Positions 49,827-63,496 are shown, numbered from the stretch's first letter. The stretch is DNA of 64,000 nt from Gemmatimonadota bacterium (GCA_046484665.1 JAWOIN010000073.1:20918-84917); one strand, 5' to 3'. The notes: generated by a model from the sequence alone, not told the origin. Program-made: numbers and translations.

Positions 49827-52421
49827 ATGGCGCGAAGGAAACCGAAGCACCTCGTGATCGTGGAATCGCCGACCAAGGCGGACACCCTGAGCCACGTGCT
49901 CGGGCAGGACTACGTCGTCGAGGCGACGGGCGGCCACGTCGTCGACCTTCCGAAGAAGGGCCTCGCCGTGGACGTGGATCACGGCTTTGAGCCCGAGTAC
50001 GAGACGGTCCGCGGAAAGGGCGGGATGATCCAGGCCCTGAAGAAGCGGGCGAAGGAGGTCGACGACATCCTGATCGCGACCGACCCGGACCGCGAAGGGG
50101 AGGCGATCGGGTTCCACATCGCGCGGAAGCTGGGGTACGACAAGGAGGACGGGAGACGGTTCCGGCGCGTCCGCTTCAACGAGTTCACGAAGGAGGCGGT
50201 GCTCGCCGCCCTCGCGGCGCCGGGGGAGATCGACCGATGCCAGGTCGATGCGCAGCAGGCCCGCCGGATCCTCGACCGCCTGGTCGGCTACGGGCTGTCG
50301 CCGCTGCTCTGGAAGAAGATCTCGCCCGTGGACCCGGTGAGCCGCAAACCGCTCTCCGCCGGGCGCGTGCAGTCGGTGGCGGTGCGGCTCGTGGTCGAGC
50401 GGGAGCGGGAGCGCCGGCGCTTCCGATCCGGCTCGTGGTGGGACCTCGTCGCGACGCTGGCGGCCGGCGGCCGCGAGTTTCCGGCACGCCTCGTGGCGCT
50501 GGACGGGCGAAAAATCGCGACCGGCGACGACTTCGACTCCGCGACGGGCCGGCTCTCGGACCCGGACGCGGTGGTCCGACTCGACGAGGCGGCGGCGGTC
50601 CGGCTGGTCGAGAAGCTCGCCGACGAGCCGTTCCGCGTCGAGGCGGTCCAGGCGCGGGACTTCAAGCAGTCGCCTTACGCGCCGTTCCGGACCTCGACCC
50701 TGCAACAGGAGGCGAACCGGAAGCTCGGACTGACCGCGCGCGACACGATGAAGGTCGCGCAGCGGCTCTACGAGGCGGGGCACATCACGTACATGCGGAC
50801 CGACTCGATCCGGCTCTCGGGGCAGGCGATCGGTGGGGCGCGGGACCGGGTGCGAGCGCTGTACGGCGAGGAGTACCTGAGCGGCGGCCCCCGGAACTTC
50901 GGGACGCAGTCGAAGGGCGCACAGGAAGCGCACGAGGCGATCCGTCCGGCGGGGAGCGCGATGCGGACCGCCGAGGAGCTGGGACTTTCCGGCCGGGAAG
51001 CGGCGCTCTACGACCTGATCTGGAAGCGCACGATGGCGACCCAGATGGCGGACGCCCGCAAGCGGAGCGTGGTCGCGACGATCGGGGCGAACGGCGGCCG
51101 CTTTCAGGCGACCGGGAAGACCACTCTCTTTCCAGGCTTCCTGCGGGTCTACGTGGAGGGCGCGGACGACCCGGAGGCGGCGCTCGACGACCGCGAGGAG
51201 TACCTCCCGGCGATGGAGGAGGGCGATGTGCTCGAGCGTCGCGAGCTCCGGGCGGTGGCACACGAGACGCGCCCGCCGGCCCGGTACAACGAGGCGGCGC
51301 TGATCAAGGCGCTCGAGGACGACGGAATCGGGCGTCCGAGCACCTACGCGCCGACCATCGCGACGATCATCGAGCGCGGCTACGTGGAGATCCGGAACAA
51401 GCAGCTCGTCCCGACCTTTCTCGCCTTCGCCGTGACGCGGATGCTGGAGCAGCACTTCGAGGACCTCGTGGACATCGGGTTCACCTCCCGGATGGAGGCC
51501 GACCTCGACCGGATCGCCGACGGCGACGTGGAGTGGCGGGAGTTTCTGGAGAAGTTCTATCGCGGCCCCGACGGGTTCGAGAAGCGACTGTCCGATCGGG
51601 AGGAGGCGATCGACCCCCGCGAGGCGTCGACGCTCTCCGAGTTCGAAGACCTGCGGCCGGTAGTCCGAATCGGGCGGTACGGCCCCTTCCTCGAAGTGGA
51701 GGCGAACGGGGAGCCGCTCCGCGTCACGCTCCCCGCAGACCTCGCGCCTGCGGACCTGACGCCGGAGAAGGCCGAGGCCCTGCTCGACGCGAAGGAGAAG
51801 GCCGACGAGCCGCTGGGGCGGGACCCCGAGACCGGGGAGCCCGTGCTCCTGCTGGTCGGCCGCTACGGACCGTACGTGCAGCTCGGCGAGCTGCGCGACG
51901 AGGGGACGAAGCCGAAGCGAGCCTCGCTTCCGAAGGGCATGGAGGTCGGGGACGTCACGCTCGAGGCGGCGCTCGGCCTCCTGGGGCTGCCGCGCACGCT
52001 CGGCGCGCACCCCGAGAAGGGGGGCGAGGTGAAGGCGGGGCTCGGTCGGTACGGGGCCTACGTCGTGCACGAGGGCGAGTTCCGCTCGCTCGAGAAGGGC
52101 GACGACGTCCTCACGGTCGACCTCGATCGGGCGCTCGCGCTGCTGGCGAGACCGAAGGCCGGTCGGCGGCGCTCGGCTCCGAAGGTCCTGCGCGCGCTCG
52201 GCGCGCACCCCGCCGACGGCGAGCCGGTCGAGCTGCTCGAGGGCCGATACGGGCCCTATGTCCGACACGGGAAGACGAACGCCTCGCTTCCCAAGGGCGA
52301 GGCGGCGGACGCGGTGACCCTCGACCGGGCGCTCGCGCTCCTGGCCGAGAGGCAGGCGCGCGGCGGGAGCCGGCGCGGGAGGCGGAGTCGCGCGCGGGGC
52401 GGCGGGACCGGCGCCGGATGA
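49827..52421 (+). CDS. topA: DNA topoisomerase I
   Basis: TOPRIM N-terminus (VIVESPTKA...DPDREGEAI), 864 aa, C-terminal repeats. Confidence 0.9.
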   Translation: MARRKPKHLVIVESPTKADTLSHVLGQDYVVEATGGHVVDLPKKGLAVDVDHGFEPEYETVRGKGGMIQALKKRAKEVDDILIATDPDREGEAIGFHIARKLGYDKEDGRRFRRVRFNEFTKEAVLAALAAPGEIDRCQVDAQQARRILDRLVGYGLSPLLWKKISPVDPVSRKPLSAGRVQSVAVRLVVERERERRRFRSGSWWDLVATLAAGGREFPARLVALDGRKIATGDDFDSATGRLSDPDAVVRLDEAAAVRLVEKLADEPFRVEAVQARDFKQSPYAPFRTSTLQQEANRKLGLTARDTMKVAQRLYEAGHITYMRTDSIRLSGQAIGGARDRVRALYGEEYLSGGPRNFGTQSKGAQEAHEAIRPAGSAMRTAEELGLSGREAALYDLIWKRTMATQMADARKRSVVATIGANGGRFQATGKTTLFPGFLRVYVEGADDPEAALDDREEYLPAMEEGDVLERRELRAVAHETRPPARYNEAALIKALEDDGIGRPSTYAPTIATIIERGYVEIRNKQLVPTFLAFAVTRMLEQHFEDLVDIGFTSRMEADLDRIADGDVEWREFLEKFYRGPDGFEKRLSDREEAIDPREASTLSEFEDLRPVVRIGRYGPFLEVEANGEPLRVTLPADLAPADLTPEKAEALLDAKEKADEPLGRDPETGEPVLLLVGRYGPYVQLGELRDEGTKPKRASLPKGMEVGDVTLEAALGLLGLPRTLGAHPEKGGEVKAGLGRYGAYVVHEGEFRSLEKGDDVLTVDLDRALALLARPKAGRRRSAPKVLRALGAHPADGEPVELLEGRYGPYVRHGKTNASLPKGEAADAVTLDRALALLAERQARGGSRRGRRSRARGGGTGAG

Positions 52422-53772
52422 GCGGGCGCCGCGTCCCGGTCGTCGGCGGCGGACTCGCCGGCGCGGAGGCCGCCTGGCAGCTGGCAGAGCTCGGCCACGA
52501 CGTGCTGCTGTTCGAGATGCGCCCCTCCCGGGGGACTCCGGCCCACCGGACGGGGGATCTCGCCGAGGTGGTGTGTACGAACTCGTTCAAGTCGGAGGCG
52601 CTGGACACGCCGCACGGGCTCCTCAAGGCCGAGATGCGGACGCTCGGCTGCATGCTGCTCGAGGTCGCGGATGCGACCCGCGTCCCGGCCGGCTCGGCGC
52701 TCGCGGTGGACCGGGACCTGTTCTCGGCGGAGGTCACGCGGCGCGTGCGGGCCCACCCCCGGATCGAGGTGCGGGAGGAGGAGGTCGAGAAGCTTCCCCG
52801 CGGCCCGGCGGTCGTCGCGACGGGCCCGCTCACGTCCGACGCGCTGTCGTCGTCGATCCGCGATCGCTTCGGCGAGAGGCACCTCGCCTTCTTCGACGCG
52901 ATCGCACCGATCGTGTCGGGAGAGTCCATCCGCGTGGACCTCGCGTTCCGGGCTTCCCGGTACGGAAAGGGGGCGGACGACTACCTCAACTGCCCGATGG
53001 ACGAGGAGCGATACGAGGCGTTCGTCGACGCCTTGCTCGGGGCGGAGGTGTACGAGGGCCACGACTGGGAGTCCGTTCCGTACTTCGAGGCCTGCCTTCC
53101 GATCGAGGTGATGGCCCGGCGGGGACGCGACACGCTCCGGCACGGCCCGATGCGGCCCGTGGGCCTGCGCGACCCGCGCTCGGGTCGGAGGCCCCACGCC
53201 GTGGTCCAGCTGAGGATGGAGGACCGCGGGGGCCGGATGTGGAACCTGGTCGGCTTCCAGACCCGGCTCCGGGTCGGGGAGCAGGACCGCGTGTTCCGGC
53301 TGATTCCCGGACTCGAGGACGCCGAGTTCCTGCGCTGGGGGTCGATCCACCGGAACTCGTACCTGAACTTCCCCGGGCGGCTCGCGCCGCACGGCGGCGT
53401 TCCCGACGAGCCGGAGCTCATCTTCGCGGGGCAGCTGACGGGCGTCGAGGGATACACGGAATCGGTCGCGAGCGGGCTGGTCGCGGCGCTGAATCTCGAT
53501 CGCCTGATCCGGGGGCTGCCGCCCGCGATCCCGCCGGAGGAGACGATGCTGGGCGGGCTGTTCCGCTACCTGCGCGAAGCGGATCCGGAGCACTTCCAGC
53601 CGATGAACGCGAACTTCGGCCTGCTGGAGCCGCCGCCAGGCCGGACGCGCGGCCGCCGGGCGCGGCGCTCCATCCAGGGCGCGCGCGCTCTCGCCGCGAT
53701 CCGGGCCTGGTGCGTCGGGGTGGGGCGCGAGCCGCGGCCCCTACCCGGCGGACTGGTCGAGTCGCCGGTCCC

Positions 53773-53776
<4 letters not shown>
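52418..53776 (+). CDS. trmFO: Methylenetetrahydrofolate--tRNA-(uracil54-C5)-methyltransferase TrmFO
   Basis: ATG at 52418 overlapping topA stop; FAD-binding VVGGGLAGAEAAWQLA; TrmFO-specific middle region. Confidence 0.9.
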
Positions 53777-54759
<983 letters not shown>

Positions 54760-54818
54760 CTCCGTCGTCCCGGCGGTCCGGGTCGAGCGGCGGGACCGCA
54801 GGAGCAAGGAGTGCGGAC

Positions 54819-55382
54819 ATGGCTCCCGGAGGAGCGAGCATGCACGGAACCACGATCGTCTGCGTCCGTCGGGACGGACGCACCGCGATCGGCGGCGACG
54901 GCCAGGTCACGATGCAGGATGCCGTCGTGAAGGCGCGCGCCCAGAAGGTCCGTCGGATGAAGGGAGGCGCGATCCTCGCCGGGTTCGCGGGCGGCGTCGC
55001 CGACGCCCTCACCCTGTTCGAGAAGTTCGAGTCCCAGCTCGAGCGGCACCCGGCCAGCCTGACGCGGGCGGCGGTCGAGCTCGCGAAGGACTGGCGGAGC
55101 GACCGCTACCTGCGGCGACTCGAGGCGGTCCTCGTGGTGGCCGACCGGGAGCGGAGTCTACTCGTGTCCGGCAACGGGGAGGTCATCGAGCCCGACGACG
55201 GGATTCTCGCGGTCGGTTCCGGCGGCTCGTATGCGCTCGCCGCCGCGCGGGCGCTCGTCGCGCACTCCGGGCTCCCGGCCCCGCGGGTCGTCGAGGAAGC
55301 GCTCAAGATCGCGGCCGAGATCTGCGTGTACACGAACGCGTACACCACGGTCCTCGAGATCGAGGGGCCGGCGGCATCATGA
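54819..55382 (+). CDS. hslV: ATP-dependent protease subunit HslV (CodW/ClpQ-like; start probably Met8 at 54840)
   Basis: [11 protein letters not shown]...GDGQVT...GSGG motifs; N-terminal residues precede the TT nucleophile as in B. subtilis CodW. Confidence 0.85.
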   Translation: MAPGGASMHGTTIVCVRRDGRTAIGGDGQVTMQDAVVKARAQKVRRMKGGAILAGFAGGVADALTLFEKFESQLERHPASLTRAAVELAKDWRSDRYLRRLEAVLVVADRERSLLVSGNGEVIEPDDGILAVGSGGSYALAAARALVAHSGLPAPRVVEEALKIAAEICVYTNAYTTVLEIEGPAAS

Positions 55383-56836
55383 CGAACGGAGGCGAGGCGG
55401 CCGCACGGCCCGGGGCCGCGGCGTTCGCGTCGCTCACCCCCCGCCAGGTGGTGGCAGAGCTGGACCGCTACATCATCGGACAGGACGCCGCGAAACGGGC
55501 GGTGGCGATCGCGCTCCGCAACCGCTGGCGCCGCCAGAACGTGCCCGGGGACCTCCGGAACGAGATCCTTCCGAACAACATCGTCATGATCGGTCCCACG
55601 GGGGTCGGAAAGACGGAGATCGCGCGGCGGCTCGCGCGGCTCGCGGGAGCTCCGTTCGTCAAGGTGGAGGCCTCCAAGTTCACGGAGGTCGGGTACGTCG
55701 GCCGGGACGTCGAGTCCCTCGTCCGGGACCTCGTCGACGTGGCCGTGAACCTGGTCCGCACGGAGAGGGAGGAGGAGTGCAGGGACACGGCGGCCGGACG
55801 GGTGGAGGAGCGCCTGCTCGGCCTCCTGCTCCCGCCGCCGGCCCCCGAGGGCGCCGGCGAGGGAATGGACGCCGACGGCGAGCCGCGGACCTTCGTGGTC
55901 GGGCAGGCCGGTACCGAGGTGGCGCCGCGGTCGGAGGACCCGGGGGAGGCTCGGCTCCTGCGGACGCGGGAGAAGCTCCGCGGCCTCCTGCGCGACGGAA
56001 GTCTCGACGCTCGCGAGGTCGAGGTCGACGTCACGGAGAGCTCCGTCCCGGCGCTGGACGTGGGCGCCGTCGGGGCGGAAGGGCTCGACTGGAACCTGTC
56101 GGAGATGCTGCAGGACATCTTTCCGAAGCGGATGCGGCGCCGACGGGTCACGGTGGCGGAGGCGCGCCGGATCCTGCTGTCGGAGGAGCTCGACCGGCTC
56201 GTCGACATGGACGAGGTGGTCGAGGATGCCGTCGAGCGCGCCGAGACGATGGGGATCGTCTTCCTGGACGAGATCGACAAGATCGCCTCGAGGGGCGGAC
56301 CGGTCGGTCCCGACGTCTCCCGCGAGGGAGTGCAGAGGGACCTGCTTCCGGTCGTCGAGGGCTCGACCGTGCAGACGAAGTACGGGCTCGTGCGCACGGA
56401 CCACGTGCTGTTCATCGCGGCGGGGGCCTTCCACGTCAGCAAGCCGTCGGACCTCATCCCGGAGCTGCAGGGACGGTTCCCGATCCGGGTCGAGCTCGAC
56501 AGTCTCGACGAGGGCGACTTCGTGCGGATCCTGCTCGAGCCCGAGAACGCCCTCATCACGCAATACCAGGCCCTGGTCGCCACCGAGGGAGCGACCCTCG
56601 AGTTCACGCGGGACGCGATCGAAGAGGTGGCCCGGATCGCCGCGGAGGTGAATCGGCGGGTCGAGAACATAGGAGCGCGGCGCCTGCACACGGTGCTGAC
56701 GACGCTGCTCGACGACGTGATGTATGGACTGCCCGAGGAGGGGGCAGGCGAGAAGATCCGGCTCGACGGCGAGGCGGTCCGGGCCCGGCTGGCCCGGATC
56801 GTCGAGGACGACGATCTTCGACGGTACATCCTGTGA
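55379..56836 (+). CDS. hslU: ATP-dependent protease ATPase subunit HslU
   Basis: Walker [17 protein letters not shown]-domain, sensor motifs; ATGA overlap with hslV. Confidence 0.9.
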   Translation: MTNGGEAAARPGAAAFASLTPRQVVAELDRYIIGQDAAKRAVAIALRNRWRRQNVPGDLRNEILPNNIVMIGPTGVGKTEIARRLARLAGAPFVKVEASKFTEVGYVGRDVESLVRDLVDVAVNLVRTEREEECRDTAAGRVEERLLGLLLPPPAPEGAGEGMDADGEPRTFVVGQAGTEVAPRSEDPGEARLLRTREKLRGLLRDGSLDAREVEVDVTESSVPALDVGAVGAEGLDWNLSEMLQDIFPKRMRRRRVTVAEARRILLSEELDRLVDMDEVVEDAVERAETMGIVFLDEIDKIASRGGPVGPDVSREGVQRDLLPVVEGSTVQTKYGLVRTDHVLFIAAGAFHVSKPSDLIPELQGRFPIRVELDSLDEGDFVRILLEPENALITQYQALVATEGATLEFTRDAIEEVARIAAEVNRRVENIGARRLHTVLTTLLDDVMYGLPEEGAGEKIRLDGEAVRARLARIVEDDDLRRYIL

Positions 56837-56888
56837 CTTCCCCGTTCCGACGGGGGAAGGCCGACCCGAGAACCGAGAGGTCCCACTG

Positions 56889-57995
56889 ATGAGCGACCTT
56901 GCGCATACGCCGCTGCACGACGAGCACGTCCGTTTCGGCGCGAAGATGGTGCCGTTCGCCGGATTCGAGATGCCCGTCCAGTACCCGTCCGGGATCCGGG
57001 CCGAGCACGAGGCGGTCCGCCGCGCCGCCGGCCTGTTCGACGTCTGCCACATGGGGGAGTTCCTCGTCACCGGGCCCGAGGCGCTCGCCTTCGTGTCGTG
57101 GGCGACGAGCAACGATCCCGCCCGGCTTTCCGAGGGCCAGGCCCAGTACAGCGTGTTCTGCCGGGAGGACGGCGGAATCGTCGACGACCTGATCGTCTAC
57201 CGGCTCGGGGAGCAGCGCTTCCGTCTCGTCGTCAACGCGGCCAACCTCGCGAAGGACTGGGAGCACCTGAGCGCGCTGTCGCCCCGGTTCGACGTGGAGC
57301 TGCGGGACGAGAGCGACGCGATCGGCCTGATCGCGCTCCAGGGGCCGAGGGCGCAGGAGATCCTGGCCCCGCTCGCGTCGATCGACCTCGAGCGGATCGG
57401 CTTCTACGAGTTCGACCAGGGACTGGTGGCGGGCATCCCGGGCGTGATCAGCCGCACCGGCTACACCGGCGAGGACGGGTTCGAGCTCTACGTCCCGGCC
57501 GAACGGACGGTCGCCCTGTGGGGCTCGCTGCTCGGAGCGGGCGAGCCGCACGGGATCGTCCCGGCCGGCCTCGGGGCGCGGGACTCGCTGCGCCTCGAGA
57601 TGGGATACGCCCTTTACGGGAACGACATCGACGACGGCACGAGCCCGCTCGAGGCGGGACTCGGGTGGCTCGTGAAGCTGGGGAAGGAGGACTTCCTCGG
57701 AAAGGCCGCCCTGCAGCGCCAGAAGAAGGAGGGACTTCGTCGCCGGCTCCGGGGATTCCGCCTCGCGGAGCGGGGCTTCCCCCGCCCCGGGTATGACGTG
57801 GTATTCCGCGGCGAAGTCGTGGGCCCGGTGCGGTCCGGGACGCTGAGTCCCACGCTGGACGCGGGGATCGGCACGGCCTACCTGCCGCCGGATGCGGAGG
57901 AGGGCGAGGCCGTCCAGGTCAGGATCCGGGGCAGGGACCTGGACGCGAGGGTGGAGCGGATGCCGTTCTACCGGGAGGGATCGGTCCGCAAGTGA
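56889..57995 (+). CDS. gcvT: Glycine cleavage system T protein (aminomethyltransferase)
   Basis: 368 aa; TPLHDEHVRFGAKMVPFAGFEMPVQY N-terminal signature. Confidence 0.9.
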   Translation: MSDLAHTPLHDEHVRFGAKMVPFAGFEMPVQYPSGIRAEHEAVRRAAGLFDVCHMGEFLVTGPEALAFVSWATSNDPARLSEGQAQYSVFCREDGGIVDDLIVYRLGEQRFRLVVNAANLAKDWEHLSALSPRFDVELRDESDAIGLIALQGPRAQEILAPLASIDLERIGFYEFDQGLVAGIPGVISRTGYTGEDGFELYVPAERTVALWGSLLGAGEPHGIVPAGLGARDSLRLEMGYALYGNDIDDGTSPLEAGLGWLVKLGKEDFLGKAALQRQKKEGLRRRLRGFRLAERGFPRPGYDVVFRGEVVGPVRSGTLSPTLDAGIGTAYLPPDAEEGEAVQVRIRGRDLDARVERMPFYREGSVRK

Positions 57996-58004
57996 GGCCG
58001 CCGC

Positions 58005-58505
58005 GTGACTGAGGGAGGGTCGATCAGGGTCGGGATCCTGACGGTCTCGGACAGCGTGTCGGCCGGCGAGAGGGAGGACGTGTCGGGCGGCCGGATCGCC
58101 GAGTGGGTGGACGCCGCCGGCTGGCGGACCGCGGCGCGCGCCAGCGTGCCGGACGAGACCGTGCCGATCTCATCGGCGCTGCTGGACTGGTGCGACCGGG
58201 ATCTGTGCGACCTGTTGATCACCACGGGAGGCACGGGTCTCACCGCTCGCGACGTCACCCCGGAAGCGACGCGGGCCGTCGCGGAGCGCGAGGTGCCGGG
58301 CCTCGCGGAGGCGCTCCGTGCGGCCGGTCGCTCCCGGACGGCCTTCGCCGCCATCGGACGGGGCCTCGCGGCGGTCCGCGGCCGGACGCTGATCGTGAAT
58401 CTCCCGGGCAGCCCCTCGGCGGTCGCGGAGGGGCTCGCGGTGATCGCCGAGGTGGTTCCGCACGCGGTCGAGCTGCTCCGCGGCGACGCCGCGCGACACG
58501 ACTGA
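58005..58505 (+). CDS. Molybdenum cofactor biosynthesis protein MogA/MoaB (molybdopterin adenylyltransferase)
   Basis: MoCF_biosynth fold with GGTGLTARD motif. Confidence 0.8.
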   Translation: MTEGGSIRVGILTVSDSVSAGEREDVSGGRIAEWVDAAGWRTAARASVPDETVPISSALLDWCDRDLCDLLITTGGTGLTARDVTPEATRAVAEREVPGLAEALRAAGRSRTAFAAIGRGLAAVRGRTLIVNLPGSPSAVAEGLAVIAEVVPHAVELLRGDAARHD

Positions 58506-58513
58506 GGGATTCC

Positions 58514-60130
58514 ATGGCGCTCGTGCTCATCGACGATCGGAACGTGGCCACGGCCTTCGCCGTCCGGAAGGCGGCGGAGGCCGACGGCCACGCGACGGTC
58601 ATGGTCCCCTCGGCGGACCACGTCGACCCGAAGCTCGACGGCGAGGAGACGGTCGCCCTCGTCATCACGGGCGACCTGGCGTCGGACCGCACGGCGGCGC
58701 TGCTGCGCTCCGTCGACGGCCTGATCCCAAGACCGCCGGTCATCGCCGTGGTCGCGCCGGAGCAGCTCGAGGACGTGCGCGCGGCACCCGGCAGCGCGGT
58801 GTACGACGAGGTCATCGGCGGCCCGCCCGAGCCCGAGGAGATCCAGGTCGCGCTGACGCAGCAGGTGGACCGCTACGAGCTGCAGCTCAGCACCGGGATC
58901 GTCGGACGCACGGAGGGCATCCGCGAAGTGCTCGAGCGGATCCACATGCTGGCCCCCGTCAACTCGACGGTGCTGATCACGGGGGAGAGCGGGACCGGCA
59001 AGGAGCTGGCCGCCCGGGGGATCCACCGCCTCTCTCCGCGCCGTGCCCGTCCGTTCATCGCCGTCAACTGCGCGGCGATGCCGGAGTCGCTCCTCGAGTC
59101 CGAGCTGTTCGGCCACGAGAAGGGGGCGTTCACGGGCGCCACGTCGCGTCGACGGGGGTTGTTCGAGCTGGCGGACGCGGGCACCCTGTTCCTCGACGAG
59201 ATCGGAGAGATGCCCCCGTCTCTCCAGACCCGCCTGCTCCGCGTCCTCGAGACCCAGCGGTTCATGCGCGTGGGCGGCGACGTCGAAATCGAGGTGAACG
59301 TGCGGGTGATCGCCGCCACCAACCGGAACCTGCGTGACGCCGTGCAGGAGGGGGCATTCCGGCGCGACCTCTATTACCGCCTCAACGTCCTCCACCTCGA
59401 CATGCCGGCGCTGCGCGAGCGGAAGTCCGACATCGCGGTGCTCGTGCGCCGGTTCATCACCGAGTTCAGCCTCGAGCACGATCGCGAGTTCAAGGGGCTC
59501 GACGCGGAGGCCATGAAGATCCTCCTCGACTACGAGTGGCCGGGCAACGTCCGCGAGCTCCGGAACCTCGTGGAGTCGATGGTCGTGCTCGCGCCGGGTG
59601 CCGTGATCCGGGCCGCCGACATCCCGCCCGAGATCCGCTCGTCCAGCGGTCGCGCCCTGCTTCCGATGCGCTCGATCGGCGCCCTTCCGGTCGGCGTGGA
59701 AGCCGACGGTGCGGCGGCGCCCGCCGTGCGGCTTCCGCAGATGGAGTTCCTCTTCCGCACCCTGGTCGAGATGAAGATCGATCTGGAGGACCTGCGATCG
59801 GAGTTCGAGCGCTTCCGGTCCCGGTACACGAGCGCGGGAACGGTGCCCGCGCCGGCGTCGCCGGGGACGGACCGTCCCGCGATCGAGCTGCGGGGAGGGG
59901 AGTGGGTCGAGGAGCGGATCCGAGGTCCGGCGCCGCACGACGGTGCCCAGGAAGCCGGAGGCGCGGCGATCCCGATGACCGCCGAAACCACGATGTCGGA
60001 CGTGGAGCGGGAGGCGATCGCGATCGCGCTCCGGGACGTCGGTGGCAACCGGCGGAAGGCCGCGGAGCGGCTCGGGATCGGTGAGCGGACCCTCTACCGC
60101 AAGATCAAGGAGTTCGGAATCGAGTCGTGA
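58514..60130 (+). CDS. Sigma-54-dependent Fis-family transcriptional regulator (enhancer-binding protein) with divergent receiver-like N-terminus
   Basis: AAA+ domain GESGTGKE, GAFTGA sigma-54 contact motif, C-terminal Fis-type HTH. Confidence 0.85.
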   Translation: MALVLIDDRNVATAFAVRKAAEADGHATVMVPSADHVDPKLDGEETVALVITGDLASDRTAALLRSVDGLIPRPPVIAVVAPEQLEDVRAAPGSAVYDEVIGGPPEPEEIQVALTQQVDRYELQLSTGIVGRTEGIREVLERIHMLAPVNSTVLITGESGTGKELAARGIHRLSPRRARPFIAVNCAAMPESLLESELFGHEKGAFTGATSRRRGLFELADAGTLFLDEIGEMPPSLQTRLLRVLETQRFMRVGGDVEIEVNVRVIAATNRNLRDAVQEGAFRRDLYYRLNVLHLDMPALRERKSDIAVLVRRFITEFSLEHDREFKGLDAEAMKILLDYEWPGNVRELRNLVESMVVLAPGAVIRAADIPPEIRSSSGRALLPMRSIGALPVGVEADGAAAPAVRLPQMEFLFRTLVEMKIDLEDLRSEFERFRSRYTSAGTVPAPASPGTDRPAIELRGGEWVEERIRGPAPHDGAQEAGGAAIPMTAETTMSDVEREAIAIALRDVGGNRRKAAERLGIGERTLYRKIKEFGIES

Positions 60131-60134
60131 CCCG

Positions 60135-60866
60135 TCACCGCTCCGCGCCGGCCCGCGACCGCACGAGCGCCAGCTCCTGGTCGAGCCGCGAGCGAATCCC
60201 CGACCACCTCGTGCTCTCCGCGTCCTGGTAGACGAGCCCGAGCGGAAGGTCCAGGTCGATCCCGGCCTCGAAGATGTACAGGGCCATCTGGACTTCCTGC
60301 TGGCGGAGCTGGTTTCGCGTGAACTCGGGCGTCACGGGAAGGATGTCGACCGGGCGGTAGATGAAGCTCTGGTTCCGGACCTGGAGATCGTGGGGCTCGT
60401 AGCTGTCCTGGTAGGCGCGCGTGAAGAACGTGACGAGCATCACGAGCGGCCACTCCCTCTCTCCGGCGCGCCGGGCGGTGCGGAGAATCTCCTCGCCGCG
60501 GCTCACCTTGTATCCGCTCAGGCGCCGGTACGTGTCCGGGGCCGTGAGGCGGATCACCCACTCGGACAGCGGCACCACCTTGATCAGGAGCGTCTCCGAG
60601 TCGAGCGGGACCGTGATGTCGTCCTGGGAGAGCGTTCCGAACCCCGCCGGCGGGAGCGGCCGGCCGTCGGACACCTCCAGCTCCGCCGACCAGCCGTCCT
60701 GCTGCGCGGCTGCGGGGCGGGCTCCGACCGGGACCTCTCCCGATCCGGGACCGCCGCAGGCCGAGCCCGCGGCGAGCAGTGCGAATGCGCCGAAGGCCCT
60801 CCGGATCCGGCGAGCGGAGCGACGGGGGGACCGTCGCGGGGCGTCCGTCCGGTCGTCTCCGTTCAC
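60135..60866 (-). CDS. Hypothetical lipoprotein (243 aa)
   Basis: GTG start at 60866 after GGGAGGAG; signal peptide with lipobox LLAAGSAC. Confidence 0.5.
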   Translation of the reverse strand: MNGDDRTDAPRRSPRRSARRIRRAFGAFALLAAGSACGGPGSGEVPVGARPAAAQQDGWSAELEVSDGRPLPPAGFGTLSQDDITVPLDSETLLIKVVPLSEWVIRLTAPDTYRRLSGYKVSRGEEILRTARRAGEREWPLVMLVTFFTRAYQDSYEPHDLQVRNQSFIYRPVDILPVTPEFTRNQLRQQEVQMALYIFEAGIDLDLPLGLVYQDAESTRWSGIRSRLDQELALVRSRAGAER

Positions 60867-61474
60867 TCGTCTCCTCCCGATCTCGCGTCGACGAAGGCGT
60901 AGAGACTCCCCACGAGAGTGGCGACGCCCTCTCCGGTCCTCGCCGACGTGGCGAGGACCTGGTCCTCCGGAAGCCCCAGCTCGAGCCGGACTTCCTGCAC
61001 GGCCCGAGTCCGGCCCGCGCGGTTGAGCTTGTCGATCTTGGTGAGGACGAACAGCACCGGAATCTGTCCCCCGGTCACGTACCCGAGCAACTGGCGATCG
61101 ACTTCCATCACCCCGCGGCGGGCGTCCAGGAGCAGGATCAGGCCCTCGAGCCGCTCGTTCCGCGCGAGGTAATCGGCCATCAGCGCCTGCCATGCGTCGC
61201 GGAGGCTTTCGGGCGCCCGCGCGTAGCCGTACCCCGGAAGGTCCACCAGGAAGAAGCGGTCGTCGATCCGGTAGAAGTTGATCTCGCGCGTCTTCCCCGG
61301 CGTGCCCGAGACGCGCGCGAGGCTCTTTCGACCGACGAGGGCGTTGATGAGGCTCGACTTGCCGACGTTGGAGCGCCCGGCGACGGCCACCTCGGGCAGG
61401 CGGTCGGGCGGGGGCTGCCCGGGCCGGCCGATCGCCCCGGCGAACTCCACCGTCCTGATGCGGACCGGGGGCAC
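60863..61474 (-). CDS. engB: Ribosome biogenesis GTP-binding protein EngB (YihA/YsxC)
   Basis: G1 GRSNVGKSSLIN, G3 DLPGYG, G4 TKIDK; start taken as first in-frame GTG after clpX stop (ORF-track ATG at 61549 would overlap clpX by 53 nt). Confidence 0.75.
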   Translation of the reverse strand: MPPVRIRTVEFAGAIGRPGQPPPDRLPEVAVAGRSNVGKSSLINALVGRKSLARVSGTPGKTREINFYRIDDRFFLVDLPGYGYARAPESLRDAWQALMADYLARNERLEGLILLLDARRGVMEVDRQLLGYVTGGQIPVLFVLTKIDKLNRAGRTRAVQEVRLELGLPEDQVLATSARTGEGVATLVGSLYAFVDARSGGDE

Positions 61475-61496
61475 GGAGGGCGACGGGCGCCGGCGC

Positions 61497-62735
<1,239 letters not shown>

Positions 62736-62763
62736 GCGCCTCTCCTCTCCCTCGCCTGACGCC

Positions 62764-63420
62764 TCAGGAGCCGTCGTCCGGGACGGCCACGGGCTCGGTC
62801 GGCTTCGGCGACGCCGACGGCACCACGTGAGGCCGCCCGGTCGGCTCGATGATCCGATCGATGATGCCGTAGTCCTTCGCCTCGCCCGGGGACATGTAGC
62901 GGTCCCGGTCCACGTCCTCCGCCACCCGCTCGACCGACTGTCCCGTGTGCTTCGCCATCAGCTCGTTGAGCCGCCCGCGGGCGAACAGCACCTCGCGGGC
63001 CTGGATCTCGATGTCCGACGCCGTCCCCTGGGAGCCGCCGGACGGCTGGTGGATCATGATCCGGGAGTTCGGCAGCGCCGACCGCTTGCCGGGCGCGCCG
63101 GCGGCGAGGAGGAAGGCGCCCATCGACGCGGCCATTCCCATGCAGATCGTCGCCACGGGCGCGGACATGTACTGGATCGTGTCGTAGATCGCGAGACCGG
63201 CGTAGACGCTCCCGCCCGGACTGTTGATGTAGATGTTGATGTCGCGCTCGGCGTTCTCGGCCTGGAGGAACAGCAGCTGCGCGATCACGACGTTCGCCAC
63301 GTCGTCGCTGATCGGCGTCCCGAGGAACACGATCCGGTCCATCAGCAGCCGGGAGAAGATGTCGTAGCTGCGCTCTCCGCGGCTCGAGCGCTCGATGACG
63401 TACGGGGCGTAGATGGTCAT
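62764..63420 (-). CDS. clpP: ATP-dependent Clp protease proteolytic subunit ClpP
   Basis: Catalytic Ser (GMAASMG) and His (IMIHQP) motifs. Confidence 0.9.
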   Translation of the reverse strand: MTIYAPYVIERSSRGERSYDIFSRLLMDRIVFLGTPISDDVANVVIAQLLFLQAENAERDINIYINSPGGSVYAGLAIYDTIQYMSAPVATICMGMAASMGAFLLAAGAPGKRSALPNSRIMIHQPSGGSQGTASDIEIQAREVLFARGRLNELMAKHTGQSVERVAEDVDRDRYMSPGEAKDYGIIDRIIEPTGRPHVVPSASPKPTEPVAVPDDGS

Positions 63421-63496
63421 TGCATCCGTTCTCCGGTGGCGCGTCCAGCCCGCTCCGATCCTGATACCCTCCGCCGGGGTCGGGTTCCGGGCCGGA

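Noticed and set aside
52573-53772. N-terminal ~400 codons of the 728-aa ORF ending at 54759
   Set aside because: Alternative frame through trmFO; real XerC begins at TTG 53773
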